Source of the DNA: Felis catus
Lineage: Eukaryota
Assembly: GCF_018350175.1 (NCBI RefSeq)
Contig: NC_058373.1
Location: forward strand, 115,756,001-115,820,000
Direction: 5' to 3'
DNA: 64,000 nt
This document shows, piece after piece, positions 40,626 to 54,882 of the stretch. The notes under the pieces were generated by a model. The model did not search any database, was not told the origin of the DNA, and saw nothing but the letters and a program-made list of their open reading frames with translations. Position 1 is the stretch's first letter; the number at the start of each line of letters is the position of its first letter. The position numbers were made by a program, and so were the translations under genes.

Positions 40626-43600
40626 AAATTAAAACAATGTAGCTCTATGATCACCCTAGCGACCTACGTGAACGCAATTTCTGATCACAACCACAGGGAG
40701 CAGGACCCAAGCAGAACCAAGTTTATTTCTGGACTCTCTATCAAAATCAATCAACTGAGTTGATGAAATGGGGATTATGGTCTGGAGAGGGTGAGGTCGC
40801 TGGAAGCTGTAGGGCAAAGTTCTGGAAAGGAGGAAGGGAGGCAGAAAAAAAAAAGATCCAGGTATCTTCATGAGTCTTTACAAAGTACTAGCCCAAGCAG
40901 ATGCTGAGTCAAACTCCAGAAGACTGGACAAACAAAAACTAGGAAGTTGTATGCTGGATAATTCTCAGAGTTCAAAAAGGGCAGGGAGATTTTCAAGTTC
41001 TGTCCAGCCAGAATGGAAATCCTCAGTGATTCACTTGAAAATTCTGTGGATACTCACTTAGAACATAACTCATTTGTAGAGTTGAACTATCCCTGAAGTA
41101 AATACGACTTTAGAATCATCCTAGAAAAGGTTACAAACAGGCCTTCAGGAGGTCAAACTGATCTACAAGTTACTTAACTGCCTGCTAACACAAAGTTCAG
41201 CACTGTAACATTAACAATGTTCATGTAATAAAACAAAATGCAGACAGGCAACAACGTAATAGTCACAATATCCAGAATCTAAAAATTAACATGCTAAGAA
41301 GAAAACACAACCCATAATCAAGAGAAAAATCAATCATGAGAAACAAAACCAGAAACAATAAAGGATGAAACAGGCAGACAAGGATGTTTAAAAGGTTATT
41401 ATAACTATGTGGAAATAATTAAAGGAAGTTAAGCATAATGAAAAAATGGAAGATTTTTTTTTCAAGTCTTTAATCCATTTCGAGTTGATTTTTGTATATG
41501 GTATAAGGGAGTGGTTCAGTTTCATCTTTGTGCATGTTTGCATGTCTTTTGCGTCCTGTCCAGTTTTTCCAACACCATTTTTGAAGAGACTATCTTTTCC
41601 CTATTATATATTCTTAGCCTCTTTGTTACAAATTAATTGACCATACATGCATGGGTTTATTTCTGGGATATTTTGTTCCACTGATGTATATATGAAAATG
41701 AAAGCTGAAAAAAAAAAAAAAAGAAAACTCACAGATTTTGAAAACTACAATATCTGAAAGGAAAAATACACTAGATGTGATTAATAGCCAATTTGATACC
41801 ACAAGACAAAAGATCAATGAGCCTGAAGACATAGAAGGGACCCACAGTAACATGTAGGATAGAAGCAATATGTAACTGGAGTTCCAGAAGGAGAGGAAAG
41901 GGGAAACAAAAAACATCTGAAGAATCTACTGGCTCAAATTTGTGAAATATATACACAAGCAGATCCAAGAAGCTCAACAAACTCCAATCAGAATAAACAG
42001 AAAAGAAAAAAAAAAAAAAAAAAAGTATACCATAACCACACTGCTCAACATCAGATATAAAGAGAATCTTGAAAGCAGTCACAGTGGAAAAGGACAAGTA
42101 TATACTAAGGAGCAAAGATGAGAATGACACCAGACTTCTCCTCAGAAACTATACAAGCCTTAAGTCAATGCAACATCATCTTTAAAATGCTAAAAGAGGG
42201 GTGGGTGCCTGGGTGGCTCAGTCAGTTAAGGGTCCAACTTCAGCTCAGGTCATGATCTTGCGGCTCCTGAGTTTGAGCCCCATGTCGGGCTCTGACAAGT
42301 CGGGAGCCTAGAGCCTGCTTCAGGTTCTGTGTCTCCCTCTCTCTCTGCCCCTCCCCTGCTCATGCTCTGTCTCTCTTTCTCAAAAATAAATAAACATTAA
42401 AAATATTTTTAAATAAATAAAATGCTAAAATAAAAATATAATATAGAATTTCATGCCCAGTGAATACAGCCTTCAAAAGAAAGGCAAAATAAAGATTTTT
42501 TTCAGAAAAACAAAAGCAGGGAGAATTTGTCACAAGCAGATCTGCACTATGATAAATGTTAAAGGAAATCCTTCAGACAAAAGAGGAATAATACTGAACA
42601 GAAACTGGATCTATACGCAGGAATGAATACCACCAGAAATCATAAATACATGGATAAACACTAGTGAAAAGGAAAGGGATGGACACAGATACACTATGCA
42701 GGTGAACTGGCCCTATGAATATTATAAAAAGTAGACTTCAGAATAAAGAATATTACAGAGAATAAAAAAGGACCTTTCCTAATGGAAAAAGTCCGTTCAC
42801 CAAGATGACATTAAAACACAAAATATGACCTGGGTGCCTTGGTGGCTCACGGTCAGCGGAGCATCCAACTCTTGATTTTGGCTCTGGTCATGATCTCAGG
42901 GTCACTGAACGGAACCCTGTGTCAGGCTCTGTGCTGAGCATGGAGCCTCCTTAAGATTCTCTCTCTCCCTCTGTCCCTCCCCCACTCATGCTCTATCTCC
43001 CTCTCTAAAATAAAATAAAGGTTAAAACATTAAATATAAACACACCAGATAAGAGAACTTAAATATTAATGGAGCAAAAACTGAAATGAGAAAAAGGCAA
43101 ATAAAAAACGACAGTTGCAGATTTCAACACTTCTTAGCAACTGATAGAACAACAACAACAAAAAATCAGTAAAAATACAGAACACTTGAGCAAAACTAAG
43201 AACCAACTTCATGTAATTTATCTTTACAGAACAGCACACACAACAACTATGGAATAAACATTCCTTTCTAATGCACAGGTAATGTTCACAAAGATTGACC
43301 AAAGGCTGCTCCATAAGTAAATCTCAATAAATTTCAAAAGACAGACTTAAATTAGAAATCAGCAAAAATTGGGGCACCTGGGTGGCTCAGTCAGTTAAGC
43401 ATCTAACTTCAGCTCAGGTCATGATCTCTGTTCATGGGTTCAAGCTCCACATCGGGCTCTGTGCTGACAGCTCAGAGCCTGGAGCCTGCTTCAGATTCTA
43501 TGTCTCCCTCTCTCTCTCTGCCCCTCCCCCGCTTGCTCTCTTTCTCTCTCTCTCTTTCTCTCTCTCTCTCTCAAAAATAAACATTAAAAAATTAAAAAAA

Positions 43601-43626
43601 AAAAAAAAGAAATCAGCAAAAATAAT

Positions 43627-44035
43627 TGTATTAGTTTTCTTGGACTACCAAAACAAAATACTACAGACCGTATGGCTGAAATTCTGTTCTGGAGGCTTGG
43701 CAAGTCCAATGTCAAAGTACCAGCAAGACAAATTTCATGCTGAGGCCTCTTCTCTTGACGTGTAAGTGGCCACCATCTCATTGTGTGCTCACATGACTTC
43801 TTTGTGAGTTCTGAGAGAGAGACTGTGCACACATGCACAAGCGTGAACTCTCTGGGTCTCTATAAGGACACTGATTCTATAGGATCAAGGCTCCATCCTT
43901 AACTTCATTTAACTTTAAATACTTCTGTAAAGACCTTATCTCCAAATACAGTCATATTGAGGGTTAAGGTTTCAACTCAACATCTGAATTTCCCAGGGGG
44001 ATGGGCACATGGGGACAAACATTCAGTCCATAACA
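43627..44035 (-). mobile_element. MLT1A/B-like MaLR solo LTR
   Basis: tgtattagtt...ttctggaggct..aagtcca...ccttatctccaaatacagtca...attcagtccataaca. Confidence 0.75.
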
Positions 44036-45090
44036 ATAAGATATTGAAAAAAATCCCTCAATGTTTGGAAAACAACCTATGAGTTAAAGATGAAACTATA
44101 AAGGAAAACAGAAAACATTTTAACTGAATGACAATGATATCACCATATATTAAAAATTGTGGGATGGAGCTAAAGCAACATTTAGAGAGAAATTTACGGC
44201 TTTACATGCTCACGATAGAAAAGAAATAAAAGGTATAAAATCAATGATCTTAAATTCTATCTTAAGAAGCTAAAAAAAAAAAAACCAACCCACTAAGTTA
44301 AACCTAAAGGAAGAAAAGAAGAAAATAATAAAATAAAAGCAGACTCAATAACATAGAGGGGAGCCTGGGTAGCTCAATCAGAGTCTGACTTCGGCTCAGG
44401 TCATGATCTCACTGCTCGTGGGTTCGAGCCCTGCATCAGGCTCTGTGCTGACAGCTTGCAGCCGGAGCCTGGAGCCTGCTTGGGATTCTGTCTCCATCTC
44501 TCTGCCCCTCCCCCACTCATGCTCTGTCTCTAATATAAATAAAACATTAAAAACATTTTTTTTAATTTAACAGAGCCAAAAAAAAGTTCTTTGAAAGGAT
44601 TAATAAAGTTGATGAACTGCTAGCAAGACTAATCTAGAAAATGTAATTTTACAAATTAACAATTTCCAGAATACAAAATGGATTATCACTATACATATCC
44701 TAAAGATATTAAAGGGATAAGGGAATATTGTGAATAATTATGGTATGTTAGATAAAATGGGAAAATTCTTTCCAAAAAAATCACAAGTTATCAAAACTGA
44801 CTCAAGAAGAAACAGAATATCTGAATATCCCATCTATTAGAAATATCTTCAAGGGGCACCTGGGTGGCTCAGTCATTAAGCATCTGACTTTGGTTCAGGT
44901 CATGATCTTACAGTTGGTGAGTTCGAGTCCCACACTGGGTGAGCTTTTGCCCCACTTCTCCCTCCCCCACCCCCACCCTTCCTGGGACTCTCTCTCTGCC
45001 CATTGCTCACTTGCATCCTCTCTCTCTCAAAAAAAATATCTTCAAGTGTGTTAAAGATATTGAATTCATAATAAAAAAGTATTCCCACAT

Positions 45091-45315
45091 GGGGCGCCTG
45101 GGTGGCGTAGTCGGTTAAGCGTCCGACTTCAGCCAGGTCACCATCTCGCGGTCCGTGAGTTCGAGCCCCCCGTCAGGCTCTGGGCTGATGGCTCGGAGCC
45201 TGGAGCCTGTTTCCGATTCTGTGTCTCCCTCTCTCTCTGCCCCTCCCCCATTCATGCTCTGTCTCTCTCTGTCCCAAAAATAAATAAACGTTGAAAAAAA
45301 AAAATTAAAAAAAAA
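45091..45315 (+). mobile_element. Young SINEC_Fc with TSD
   Basis: TSD aaaaaagtattcccaca at about 45073-45089 and 45316-45332. Confidence 0.95.
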
Positions 45316-46879
45316 AAAAAAGTATTCCCACAGAGACAACTTCAGGCCTCAAGTGTTACATAAGTATGTTATAGCAAACATTTAAGGAAGAAATAATTCC
45401 CTTATGTAAAAAATTCCACAATACATTCAGTAATTTCACAAAATGTTTCTCAATCCACTTTATGAGGACAAGGTAATCTTGATACCAAAACATGAAACAC
45501 AGGTTATAACATAACTACAGAAAAATATTCTGTATGTGGACTCAAAAATCCTCAAGAAAATATTAGCAAGATGAATCCAGCAATATATAAAGGACGAATG
45601 TAGGGTTTACCTAAGGAATGTAAGTAAAGTGGTTTTTACATTGGTCAATCAAATGAACAAATCCACCAGTTAATAAAGAAAAAAATCATGATTATTTCAG
45701 CACATGCAGAAATAGCAGGTGGCAAAACTCAACACCTTTTCATGATAAAAATTCTTGGCAAACTGAAAATACAAGGAAATGTCAAGTCTGATTAAAAGCA
45801 TCTACAAACAGCTAACATCCCTAAAACTAGGTACAAGGAAAGATGTCCACTCTCTCCACTAGTATTTAGCATTGTACTGGAGGCCCAACACATGGGGCAC
45901 CTGGGTGGCTCAGCTGGTTGAGTGTCTGATTTCAGCTCCGGTCATGATTCTGTGATTCTGAGCCCCATATAGAGCTCTGCACTGACAGCTCGGAGCCTGG
46001 AGCTCCGAGTAGGTCCCATGCACCACTCCTGTTTCAATTTGCAGAACACAACGAACTTTTCTGACTTTTGCCAAATGGACACATTCTTCCACTTTGGACT
46101 GAAACAGAGATACTGTAACACCTGTTAGTTAAATAGCCAATCCTGCACTAGATAACCAGTTTAAACTCTGCCAGCACCGTTATGATTGTCTCAAAACAAG
46201 TTATGTCACCTTGTGGTTTTTACCTTTAAAAGCCTGTACTCCTGGCTCACAATTTAGGGCAAAGTTTCCATTTCAGTTGACTGTCTCCCAGTGAAACCCC
46301 AAATCAACATTTTGGTTATTTTATAGCCTCCTCTTCTTGAATGACAGCTCCTTAAGTTCTCTCTGAAATACCTATGTAGGCACCCTTAGTCTCTAATTCT
46401 AGGATAAACTTTTGCTCAAACACTAAACAAATGTATATGCCAGGTCTCCACTGGATCATGTCTCCATTTGCCTCCTTGCTTTCAAAATGTTTCAATCTCT
46501 TCATTTTTTGCCTTATACTACAATCTGTACACTCCCCCACTACCCTCTTTTCAACTTGCTCCTACTCTACTGCTTCTTGCCCAAAATATGGTAATCTGTA
46601 TGCTGTAGCAGGCATGAATACAACACAGTTTTGTACAAGGGGGAGAATATTATCTACTTTGTTTCCAAAACATTTCCTAGCACATTTAGTATGGTCTTGA
46701 GTCTTATCCTGTGACTCTACAAGGAACAGAACTATCTTATGAAGGTCCATAGCTATTTTGGTTATTCTACCTCAAGGGAACTTGGTATATGCCTATCATA
46801 ATTAATAATTATTCTCCTATTGACCTGCAAAATTCTTAAAAATTGGGATCTTTTATTCTTTATTCTAGTACCTATAGTT

Positions 46880-48385
46880 CTTTTTTTTTAAGTTTTTTTA
46901 ATGTTTTGTTTTTTTTTTTTTTTTTTTTTTTTTTGAGGAAGAGAGACAAAGCATAAGCAGGGGAGGGGCAGAGAGAGAGAAAGGGAGATACAGAATCTGA
47001 AGCAGGCTCAGGCTCTGAGCTGTCAGCACAGAGCCCAACACGGGGCTCGAACCCACAAACCGTGAGATCGTGACCGGAGCCGAAGTCAGATGCTCAACCG
47101 ACTGAGCCACCCAGGCGCCCCCTAATATCTATAATTCTTAATCACAGTGTAGGCACATAGCAAACCCTAAATGAATGCTTTTAAAAACAGCAACCTTTAT
47201 TTCCGAGTCTCCTGAAACCAACAGTTTGTTCCGATTCTATCATCTTGGATCTTTTTCCTCAGTAAGTAATTTTGTACTTATTCAAATACACTCAGTGGCT
47301 ATTTTTCTGCCTAGTCATGTGGATGCTTTGTACAAAATGCTTTTTTTTTTTTTAAGCTTATTTATTTTGAGAGAGAGAGAAAGCATGCCCAGGAGGGGCA
47401 GAGAGTGGGAGAGAGAAAGAATCCCAAGCAGGCTCTGCACTGTCAGTATAGAGCCTAACACGGGGCTTGAACTCACCAACTGTGAGATCATGACCTCAGA
47501 TGAAACTAAGTACTGGACGCTTAACCAACTGAGCCCCTAAAAAATGTTTCTATGGTTCGGCCTCTAACAGCTTGCCTTTCTACTTCTCCAAGGTAATTAC
47601 TACATGTTTTCCTTTATATTATTCGTAAGGATTGTCTTGAAAAAATATTAATAAGAATGATCCTTGAAGCAACCTTAGATACTCATATAATATGCTCTTC
47701 TCACTCTATAAGGTTTTCTAGCTCTTGTATCTCCTTGTTTCTTACATCTTAGTTTCATATCCATTGTAACACATTACATCCACATTCTTTCCTTCTTTCT
47801 TGGAGTTAGTGGAGAACCCTGTTTGACTTTTTGAAATCTGAAATAGACCATGTTACTGGTTCTCTTTACTTAACAATATTCTATTATATTTTTCTGAGAT
47901 TTATCAGTTTTCCTAGTCATTTCATGACACTTACTGACCACCCTGTGTCATGCCTGGCAAGGCATCAGGAAAACAAAAGAAGTGTATATCCTTTGAATCG
48001 GAAGAGCTCAGAGTGAAGTAGAGGGAGGAGGAGGAGACACAAATAAGGAAGCAAATATAGAAATAAACACTAAGATAGGGATATGCACAGAATCCAGTTG
48101 GAGCATAAAGAGAAAAAAGAACTTTGTATGATGGTTGAGAGCCTGGATTTTTTAAAAATTATTTTTATTTTAGAAAGAGAGAGAGAGAACACATGTGAGT
48201 GGAGGAGGGAGAGTGGAGTGGAGTGAATGCATGTGGGGGAGGAGGGAAAGGGAGAGACAGAATCTTAAGTAGGCTCCACACTCAGCATGAAGCCTGACAT
48301 GGGGCTTGATCCCACAATCCTGGGATCGTGACCTAAACCAAAATCAAGAGTTGGATGCTCAAGTGACTGAGCTACCAGGGCACCA
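46880..48385 (-). mobile_element. Three minus-strand Can-SINEs (about 46880-47122, 47340-47537, 48150-48385)
   Basis: T-tails, GA tracts and gagccacccaggcgcccc-type ends. Confidence 0.85.
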
Positions 48386-51300
48386 CCCCAGAGCCTGGAT
48401 TTTTAGGTCACACAGACCTGAATCCAATTCTTAACTCGACCCCTTAAAGAACTGTGTAACATAAGAGTCAAGGTTTTCTCATTTATAAAATGGGATAATA
48501 ACCATTTCATCTACTCCTAGTTGGGAGTACACGAGACAAAGTGTTTAGTTTGGCAATACATGACAAGCACTCAATAAATGGTATATGATACTCATAACAA
48601 GGGGACAACTAGCCTATATAAAGCTTCCTGGAGGAGGTGATTCTTGAATTCAGTCTTAACCAATGAACAGGAAGGGGAAGGAGTCAAGATGGAACCTTAG
48701 AGAAAGGTTAAGTTTCCACACTAGCATTAAGAACTTGTCATAATCCAGTCTCTACCTCAGCAACCTCATCTCCTTAACTCTCCTAAATGAACCTTTCTTT
48801 CTATCCAGGCCAGTATAACTCACTGACCTCAGAATATGCTTAACTAATTTTCTTTCTTCTATTACTGTTTAGGCCACACCTTCCCTATGCCTGGCACTAG
48901 CCTATAGACTGTCTATAAGACCAACATAAGTTCCATCTTCTTGTAATTGATCAGTCTGGACCTTATCAATGGCTCCATTCTTTGAACTTTTCCAGGACAA
49001 GGTCCCCACCACACTTCCTTTGCCCTCTGATGACATGCATGTTCATCATAGTCCTTAACCATCCTTTACACTGATTTAACTTTTCACATGTGACCGTAAT
49101 GTCTCCATGGGGACATATATTCCATGAGGGTAAGACTTCACGTAAGCAAGAGAAAACAGGGCAGAGATACAGCACTTTAGTCTCAGATCTACTTGGCACA
49201 TGAATGAACAGATCAACAACAGATCAGCAACAGTCTCAGCGTCAAACCTAAAGCACATGACCAGTCTGTAGAGACTCATGTGCTTGGATTTAACAGGGTT
49301 TCTTGTTTTTAGGTTCTTACCTTGATATGCCCTCAGCTCTATCAACAGCAAACTATAAAAACTTTCCACTGTGGATTGTGTTAGTCATTTAAGATGCTTC
49401 AAATCCTTAACGCATGATATAACCAAATAAAGGTCAGGAGAAAGACTGGCAGTCAACTCCTTAGACATGGCTACTATATTAGAAGGTAGTTGATGGAAAA
49501 GCAGAATCAAAAGCTCTAGGTTAAACTTACTGGCTTTAGAACTTGGGCAAATCTTTAACCTCTCCGAGAGATAATTTCCTCATCTAATAATGTGGATAAA
49601 TCACTTAGCACTCAGGGTTGCTGTGAAGATTAAATGAGTTAATATATAAAGTAACTAACATTGCCAGAAATATAATCCCTCTGTAACTATTCATTATTAA
49701 AACATTATACCAACCCATCATCCTCTGCAAAAAAAAAGAAAAGTAGACACATAGAGATTCTCTTCCTTCTTTAAAGATAATATATCAAGAGCAACCTGCT
49801 GAAACCTATTGAGGCCTCAGTCCTGAAGTAGGAATCCCAATCCTAACACATGGTGGGCAACAGAGCTGTCTTTATGGCCAATCTCTACCTGTTACAGTAG
49901 CGGGGGGAAAAGCGACATTCGATCCCTGTGATACTTCTTAGAGTAACCACAGCTTTTCAAAATTAAAAACTCTTAATTTGATAAAGGAAAATATAGGAGA
50001 CTTAGAGACTGTTACTGAGCTGAACTCCCAAAGACTGAGTTTCTTTGTCATAATTTCCCCAAGACTTCATTCTTTCCCTTGCAGTAAACAAGATCAAACA
50101 GAATAGGTTCATTTGCCTTCCAAAATGGGCCCAAACACTGAAAATATCCAAGACTCTCGCCCTTGACGGAACACTGGCACAAAAATGCAGAATACACATT
50201 TTTGCTGCTACCTGATTAAACTATCAGGTCTCTGCATAGGAAGCTGTACATGAAGAGTGACAATGTTGCCTACAAACAGAAATGCATATTTCGAACTAGA
50301 GGCTTTTCCTATTTCTTCTACAGAAGGGAAGAGCTCACGTGACTGCCAAAGTTACTGGAAGTTTCTAGCGGTGATAAGGGACGTCCCCGTGTATCTTCAT
50401 GACCACACAATAAAGAAGAGCTGAATTAGGCTGTACAACATACCAGGTAATTAGCTCTGAGAGGTGATAAACAGAAACTTGAAACATCCTCTTGATAACT
50501 GAGGCAACCAAACTTCAAATGACTGTTTTTAGGCCGGTTCCATCCTAAATTTGTGGCTCTATTCTCCTAAAAACATACGTTTATCAACTTACATGAGCAA
50601 GACACGAAAATGCTTAGGAAAATTAAAGAAGTCACCTGGTGAACAAATATTCATTGTGAATAAGGGCACATATACTATAGTAGTTAAACCACTTCTGAGG
50701 GAAATATATTAGCTAGATATAATTATTCTTCTAAATTAGTCCTTTGAAGTTTGTCCTAACTCCAGTGATTGAGAAAAAAGGCAATACTAGGAACTATAGG
50801 TCTGCAAAATTAACAGGATCAGAAATTGTAGCGAATGGTGAGGTGAGCATTAGTCAACCCTGCTATGCAAACACCAAAAAAGCTGAAGTGATATTACACT
50901 GAACTTTAAAAATATTTAGTGAGTTCTGCTCTGCTATAGTCAGGAGACCCTGGAAGTACGGTGGATGCCACAGCAAAAGGACTATGTCAAAGTACGTTAA
51001 ATTCTTAAGCAAGAGACAAGACTTAAATCCAAAATCACATCAAAACAGTTCACATAATAACTAGGGATATTTAGGCTATAGAGGAAAGAGACAAAACAGG
51101 AGAACAACTAGATATCTTTAAATACTTGCAGGACAATCAGGAAAAGAACTAGTATTATTTTAACTGGCTCCAAGAACAAGTACCAATGGATGAAAAGTTA
51201 CAGGGAAGCAGATTTTGGCTTAAAAACACTTTCTTCCCACATAGCCTCAAAAGTCAATAAATAGTAAGCCTCAAAGGGCAATAAATATTAAGAGTGAGAG

Positions 51301-52859
51301 AAGGAGAAATTTACATAAAGTAGGAAAAGTGCATCTAAAAGGACTGGGCATACAGAATGTGCATTCAACAAAAGTTTAGGAGCTCACGTAAAGCATGACA
51401 CTAACACATGCAGATTAGAATGAATTACATTTCCATAAGTTGACTTCCAATCTTCTATAGCAAAAAAAAAAAAAAAAAGTATGGATGATTGTGAAAACTA
51501 CATTTTATGAAGAATAATCTGTAAGTGGTGGTCAAGATATCGCAAAATTCCACATGAGTAATGATGATGGACTGTTCTAGATAGTGGTGAGTGGAGAGGA
51601 GTGACAGATTTACAGCAACATTTCAGAGACAGAGCTCACAGTACTTGATAACTTATTGGAGGCTCCTGGAATAACAATATTTAGCAGGTTTTACTGTGCT
51701 AGTCTAGCTACTCATTTGTTAATAATAACAACGACAGTAGCAAACACACAGTGCTTAAGAGGTGTCAGGCAATGTTCTGAAAGTTTTACACAGATTAACT
51801 CATTTCATTCTCATAACCCTATGAAGTATATTCTGTTATGGGGTGTCTGGGTGGCTCAGTTGGTTAAGCATCGACTTGGGTGGGCTCAGGTCATGATCTC
51901 GCAGTTCGTGAGTTCAAGCCCTGCGCCGGGCTCTGTGATGACAGCTCAGAGCCTGGAGCCTGCTTCAGATCTGTGACTCCCTCTCTCTGTGCCCTTTCCC
52001 CGCTCATGCTCTGTCTCTGTCTCTCAAAAAATAACTATTTTTTTTTAAAATGAAATGAAGTCTATTCTATTATCCTGCACGTTTTATGAGAAACTAAGGC
52101 TTAGCTTACATCAGTAAAGTTAGTCAGCCAACCAATATCGAAGATCCAGTAAGAGGTTAGATACCAGATGGATCTACGTAGTCCCAAAGCTAAAGCTCTT
52201 AATCGATCCACTAGACAGCTGTAAAGGGGAGTCAACAAAACCCAAGGCATGTAGTAGTGTTAAGAGCCCAGGGAAGAGCGTGGGGTAAAAGAGGGCGTTG
52301 GAGGGGGAAATACGACTGAGGGCCAAGTGAGGATTTAGCTGTATCAGAATCACCCAACTTGCTTGTTTAAAAAAAAAAAAAAAAGAAAGGAAAAAAAGAA
52401 AAGAAAAGAAAAGAGAAAAGAAAAGAAAAGAAAAACCCAAGCCAGCAAGCAAAACCCTGCTTTGAATCCAAATTCCTAGAGATGGGATCTAGGAACTAAC
52501 TTTTTTTTTTAAAGCAAAACCGAAAAACCTCGGGTAATTTTAAGGCGCAAGCAGGTTTGAGAAGTGTGGTAGCAGATCTCTGAGGTTTCTTTCCGCTTTA
52601 GCATTCCAGTTGACACACTAAATGAATTTCCCAAAAATGGAAGGAAGGAGAGAGGGATTCTAGCACCAAGAAAACGGCTGTGCCTTTACAGTCGACGCCG
52701 CTGATGCTCCCCTTTTTACTCAACAGTCTGTCACAGGCACAGGAATAAAGTAGGCAATGGAAGGGGGGGGGTGTTAAAAAGCAGGCTTTGGGACAGGATT
52801 TTCTGGTACTATTAGCACCCGAAAAAACCCTTCCTGACTATAAACACATGGGATAATCC

Positions 52860-53560
52860 GACTGAAAAATGACGTGGGTTCCTCAGATCCCGCTCTGGCT
52901 AACGGTGGATGCCAACACAGTCTTCTACGTGCTCAAAGAGGTGCAGGAAACCTCCAGGCTGGGGCCTGCCTGCTCCAAGGCCAAAGGAATCGGCTCAGCA
53001 GGAGACGGGGCTACTCTGCAATGACAACCTCAAGCACCCTGCTCCCGGAGGCAACCTGTGCCGCACATACCCGAGGGTCCTCTAGTAAGATTGATTTCCT
53101 CCTCGGTGACCAAATAATCCACTCTTCCGTTCATGTCTTACTGCTCGTCGGGGTTCCCCACTGAATCGGCTGGGGCTCGCGCAGGTGAAGGTGAGCCAAC
53201 CTCCGCGCGGCGCTCCAAGCACTACACTTTCGGTTTCAGCGGCCCGCGGACCGGAAGAGGAAGTTGGGAGCGCTGGGCGCGCAGGGGATGCTGGGAGTCG
53301 TGGTTCCGGCGGCCGGCGCGCGGGTCTCTCTCCCCGTCCCCGCGGCGAACCGCTCGGTGAGCGACGGCCCGGTTACCATTCCACTTTACCGTGGGGGGGT
53401 GGGGGCCGTAAAGGTAGGAGACATGAATACATCGATTTTGTGAAGAAGTTAAATGTAAAATCCTCACCCCTCAGAAAATCGTTACAAATGGGGGGGGGGG
53501 GGGGGCGGAAGTTCTCTTATTCAGTATTCAGGATTCCAGACTGGGACGGGCGTATCAAGC
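52860..53560 (-). promoter_or_regulatory. CpG island / SYNJ2BP promoter with ETS (GABP-type) sites
   Basis: CpG-rich; tandem CCGGAAG/GGAAGT at 53251-53264, CGGAAGT at 53506-53512, and an ACTACA motif at 53221. Confidence 0.85.
53071..53134 (-). CDS. SYNJ2BP: SYNJ2BP coding exon 1
   Basis: ATG at 53134 reads MNGRVDYLVTEEEINLTRGPS(G); donor TCG G|gtatgt. The spliced CDS is 64+137+96+141 = 438 nt, giving 145 aa (synaptojanin-2-binding protein/OMP25). Confidence 0.97.
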
Positions 53561-53697
53561 AATCCGCTAATATGATTTCAGAGAATGAAATCTCACAACC
53601 TTTTATATATCCAGGCAAATACAGTCCATTACATACATGCTCTCTGGCAAGAGGACTTAACACAGTTTGCTGTATACATTCTTTGGTAAGTCACCCC

Positions 53698-54253
53698 TGT
53701 AAGTGATCATCTGTGATAGTTAATTGTCATTCACAGGAAAAATAAAACTCTGACAGGCAGGTGCTTAAACCTGGAGCGAGGCCCCTAGCCTAACTGCTAT
53801 GGGGGAGAGGGGGCACGATTTTCCTCGATATTTACATTTCAAAGAGAGTTGTACCTGACAAGAGGCTTTTTGGCTTTTACAAAATTTTATATACATATAA
53901 AAGAGAGAAGGAAAGATTTATAATTACAAGCTTGCTCAAAAAGAATCTAAGGGCACCTGGGTGGCTCAGTCGTTTAAGCATCCAACTCTTGGTTTTGGCT
54001 CAGGTCATGATCTCGTGGTTTGTGAGTTCAAGCCCTGCATCCAGCTCTGTGCTGACCGTGCAGAGCCTGCTTGGGATTCTCTCTCTCCCTTTCTCTCTGC
54101 CCCTCCCCCGCTCATTCTGTCTCTCCAAAATAAATAAATAAACTTTAAAAATTAAAAAAAAAATCTAAAAAAAGGGAGAGAAGGTAAAGGTTTCTTCTTT
54201 TTGGTAACAGGGAAAATTCAAGTTTTTATTTGGTTGTTTGTTTAATTCCTACA
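53698..54253 (-). mobile_element. ERV1-class solo LTR (MER34-like) interrupted by a SINE (about 53950-54170)
   Basis: TG..CA ends and recalled MER34-type blocks (gatatttacatttcaaag, aaagatttataattacaag). Confidence 0.55.
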
Positions 54254-54651
54254 GTAAGACTAGTGGATGGACTTACTGTGACTTCAGCCCAGTCTTCCTG
54301 ACTTTTGAAGTACACTTCCAAAACATGGCTCTAAGGAACCCTCACAGATCAAAAACATAAAAGCCTTAAAGGGCAGGAAGAGGACCTAAATGTGGGAAAC
54401 AACCTGGAATTAGTCCACAGGGATTTGTGGGGACCTTGGAGGGTTGAAAAGCACAGTTCCAATTAAGGCATTTGAGTTCACATTAAATAATCACACCGGA
54501 ACCTACTGTGTTTACGAAACAAAACAAGAAAGAAGCAGATTCAGCAGACAAGCCTCTTATTTGCTAATCCTTTGAGAAGTTAATATGGAATAATAGAAAG
54601 AACACAGGAGATGATGGAAGACCTGGCCTCAAGTTTCAGTTCCATCTTCTT

Positions 54652-54882
54652 TTTTTTTTTTTTACTTTTTTTTTTTAACGTTTTTATTTATTTTTGAGAC
54701 AGAGGGAGACAGAGCATGAATGGGGGAGGGGCAGAGAGAGAAGGAGACACAGAATCGGAAGCAGGCTCCAGGCTCCGAGCCATCAGCCCAGAGCCCGACG
54801 CGGGGCTCGAACCCACGGACCGTGAGACCGTGACCTGAGCTGAAGTCGGACGCTTAACCGACTGAGCCACCCAGGCGCCCCC
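54652..54882 (-). mobile_element. Young SINEC_Fc with TSD
   Basis: TSD agttccatcttctt at 54638-54651 and 54883-54896. Confidence 0.95.

Larger units (their letters stand above)
41200..45890 (+). mobile_element. Old L1M (ORF1/ORF2 remnants) fragmented by many SINEs, an MLT LTR and a short antisense L1 piece (about 41455-41690)
   Basis: A-rich; motifs cagacttctcctcagaaac (ORF1), tgggatggagctaaagca..agagagaaattta, ttctttgaaaggattaataaagttga, and ttttatgagg..cttgataccaaaac. Confidence 0.75.

Noticed and set aside
48966..49369. Overlapping minus-strand ORFs as a possible pseudogene
   Set aside because: No recognisable protein similarity, poly(A) or TSD.
53185..53706. 173-aa plus-strand ORF antisense to the SYNJ2BP promoter
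   Set aside because: GTG start and low-complexity G/R/P content typical of stop-poor CpG islands; no recognisable domain.
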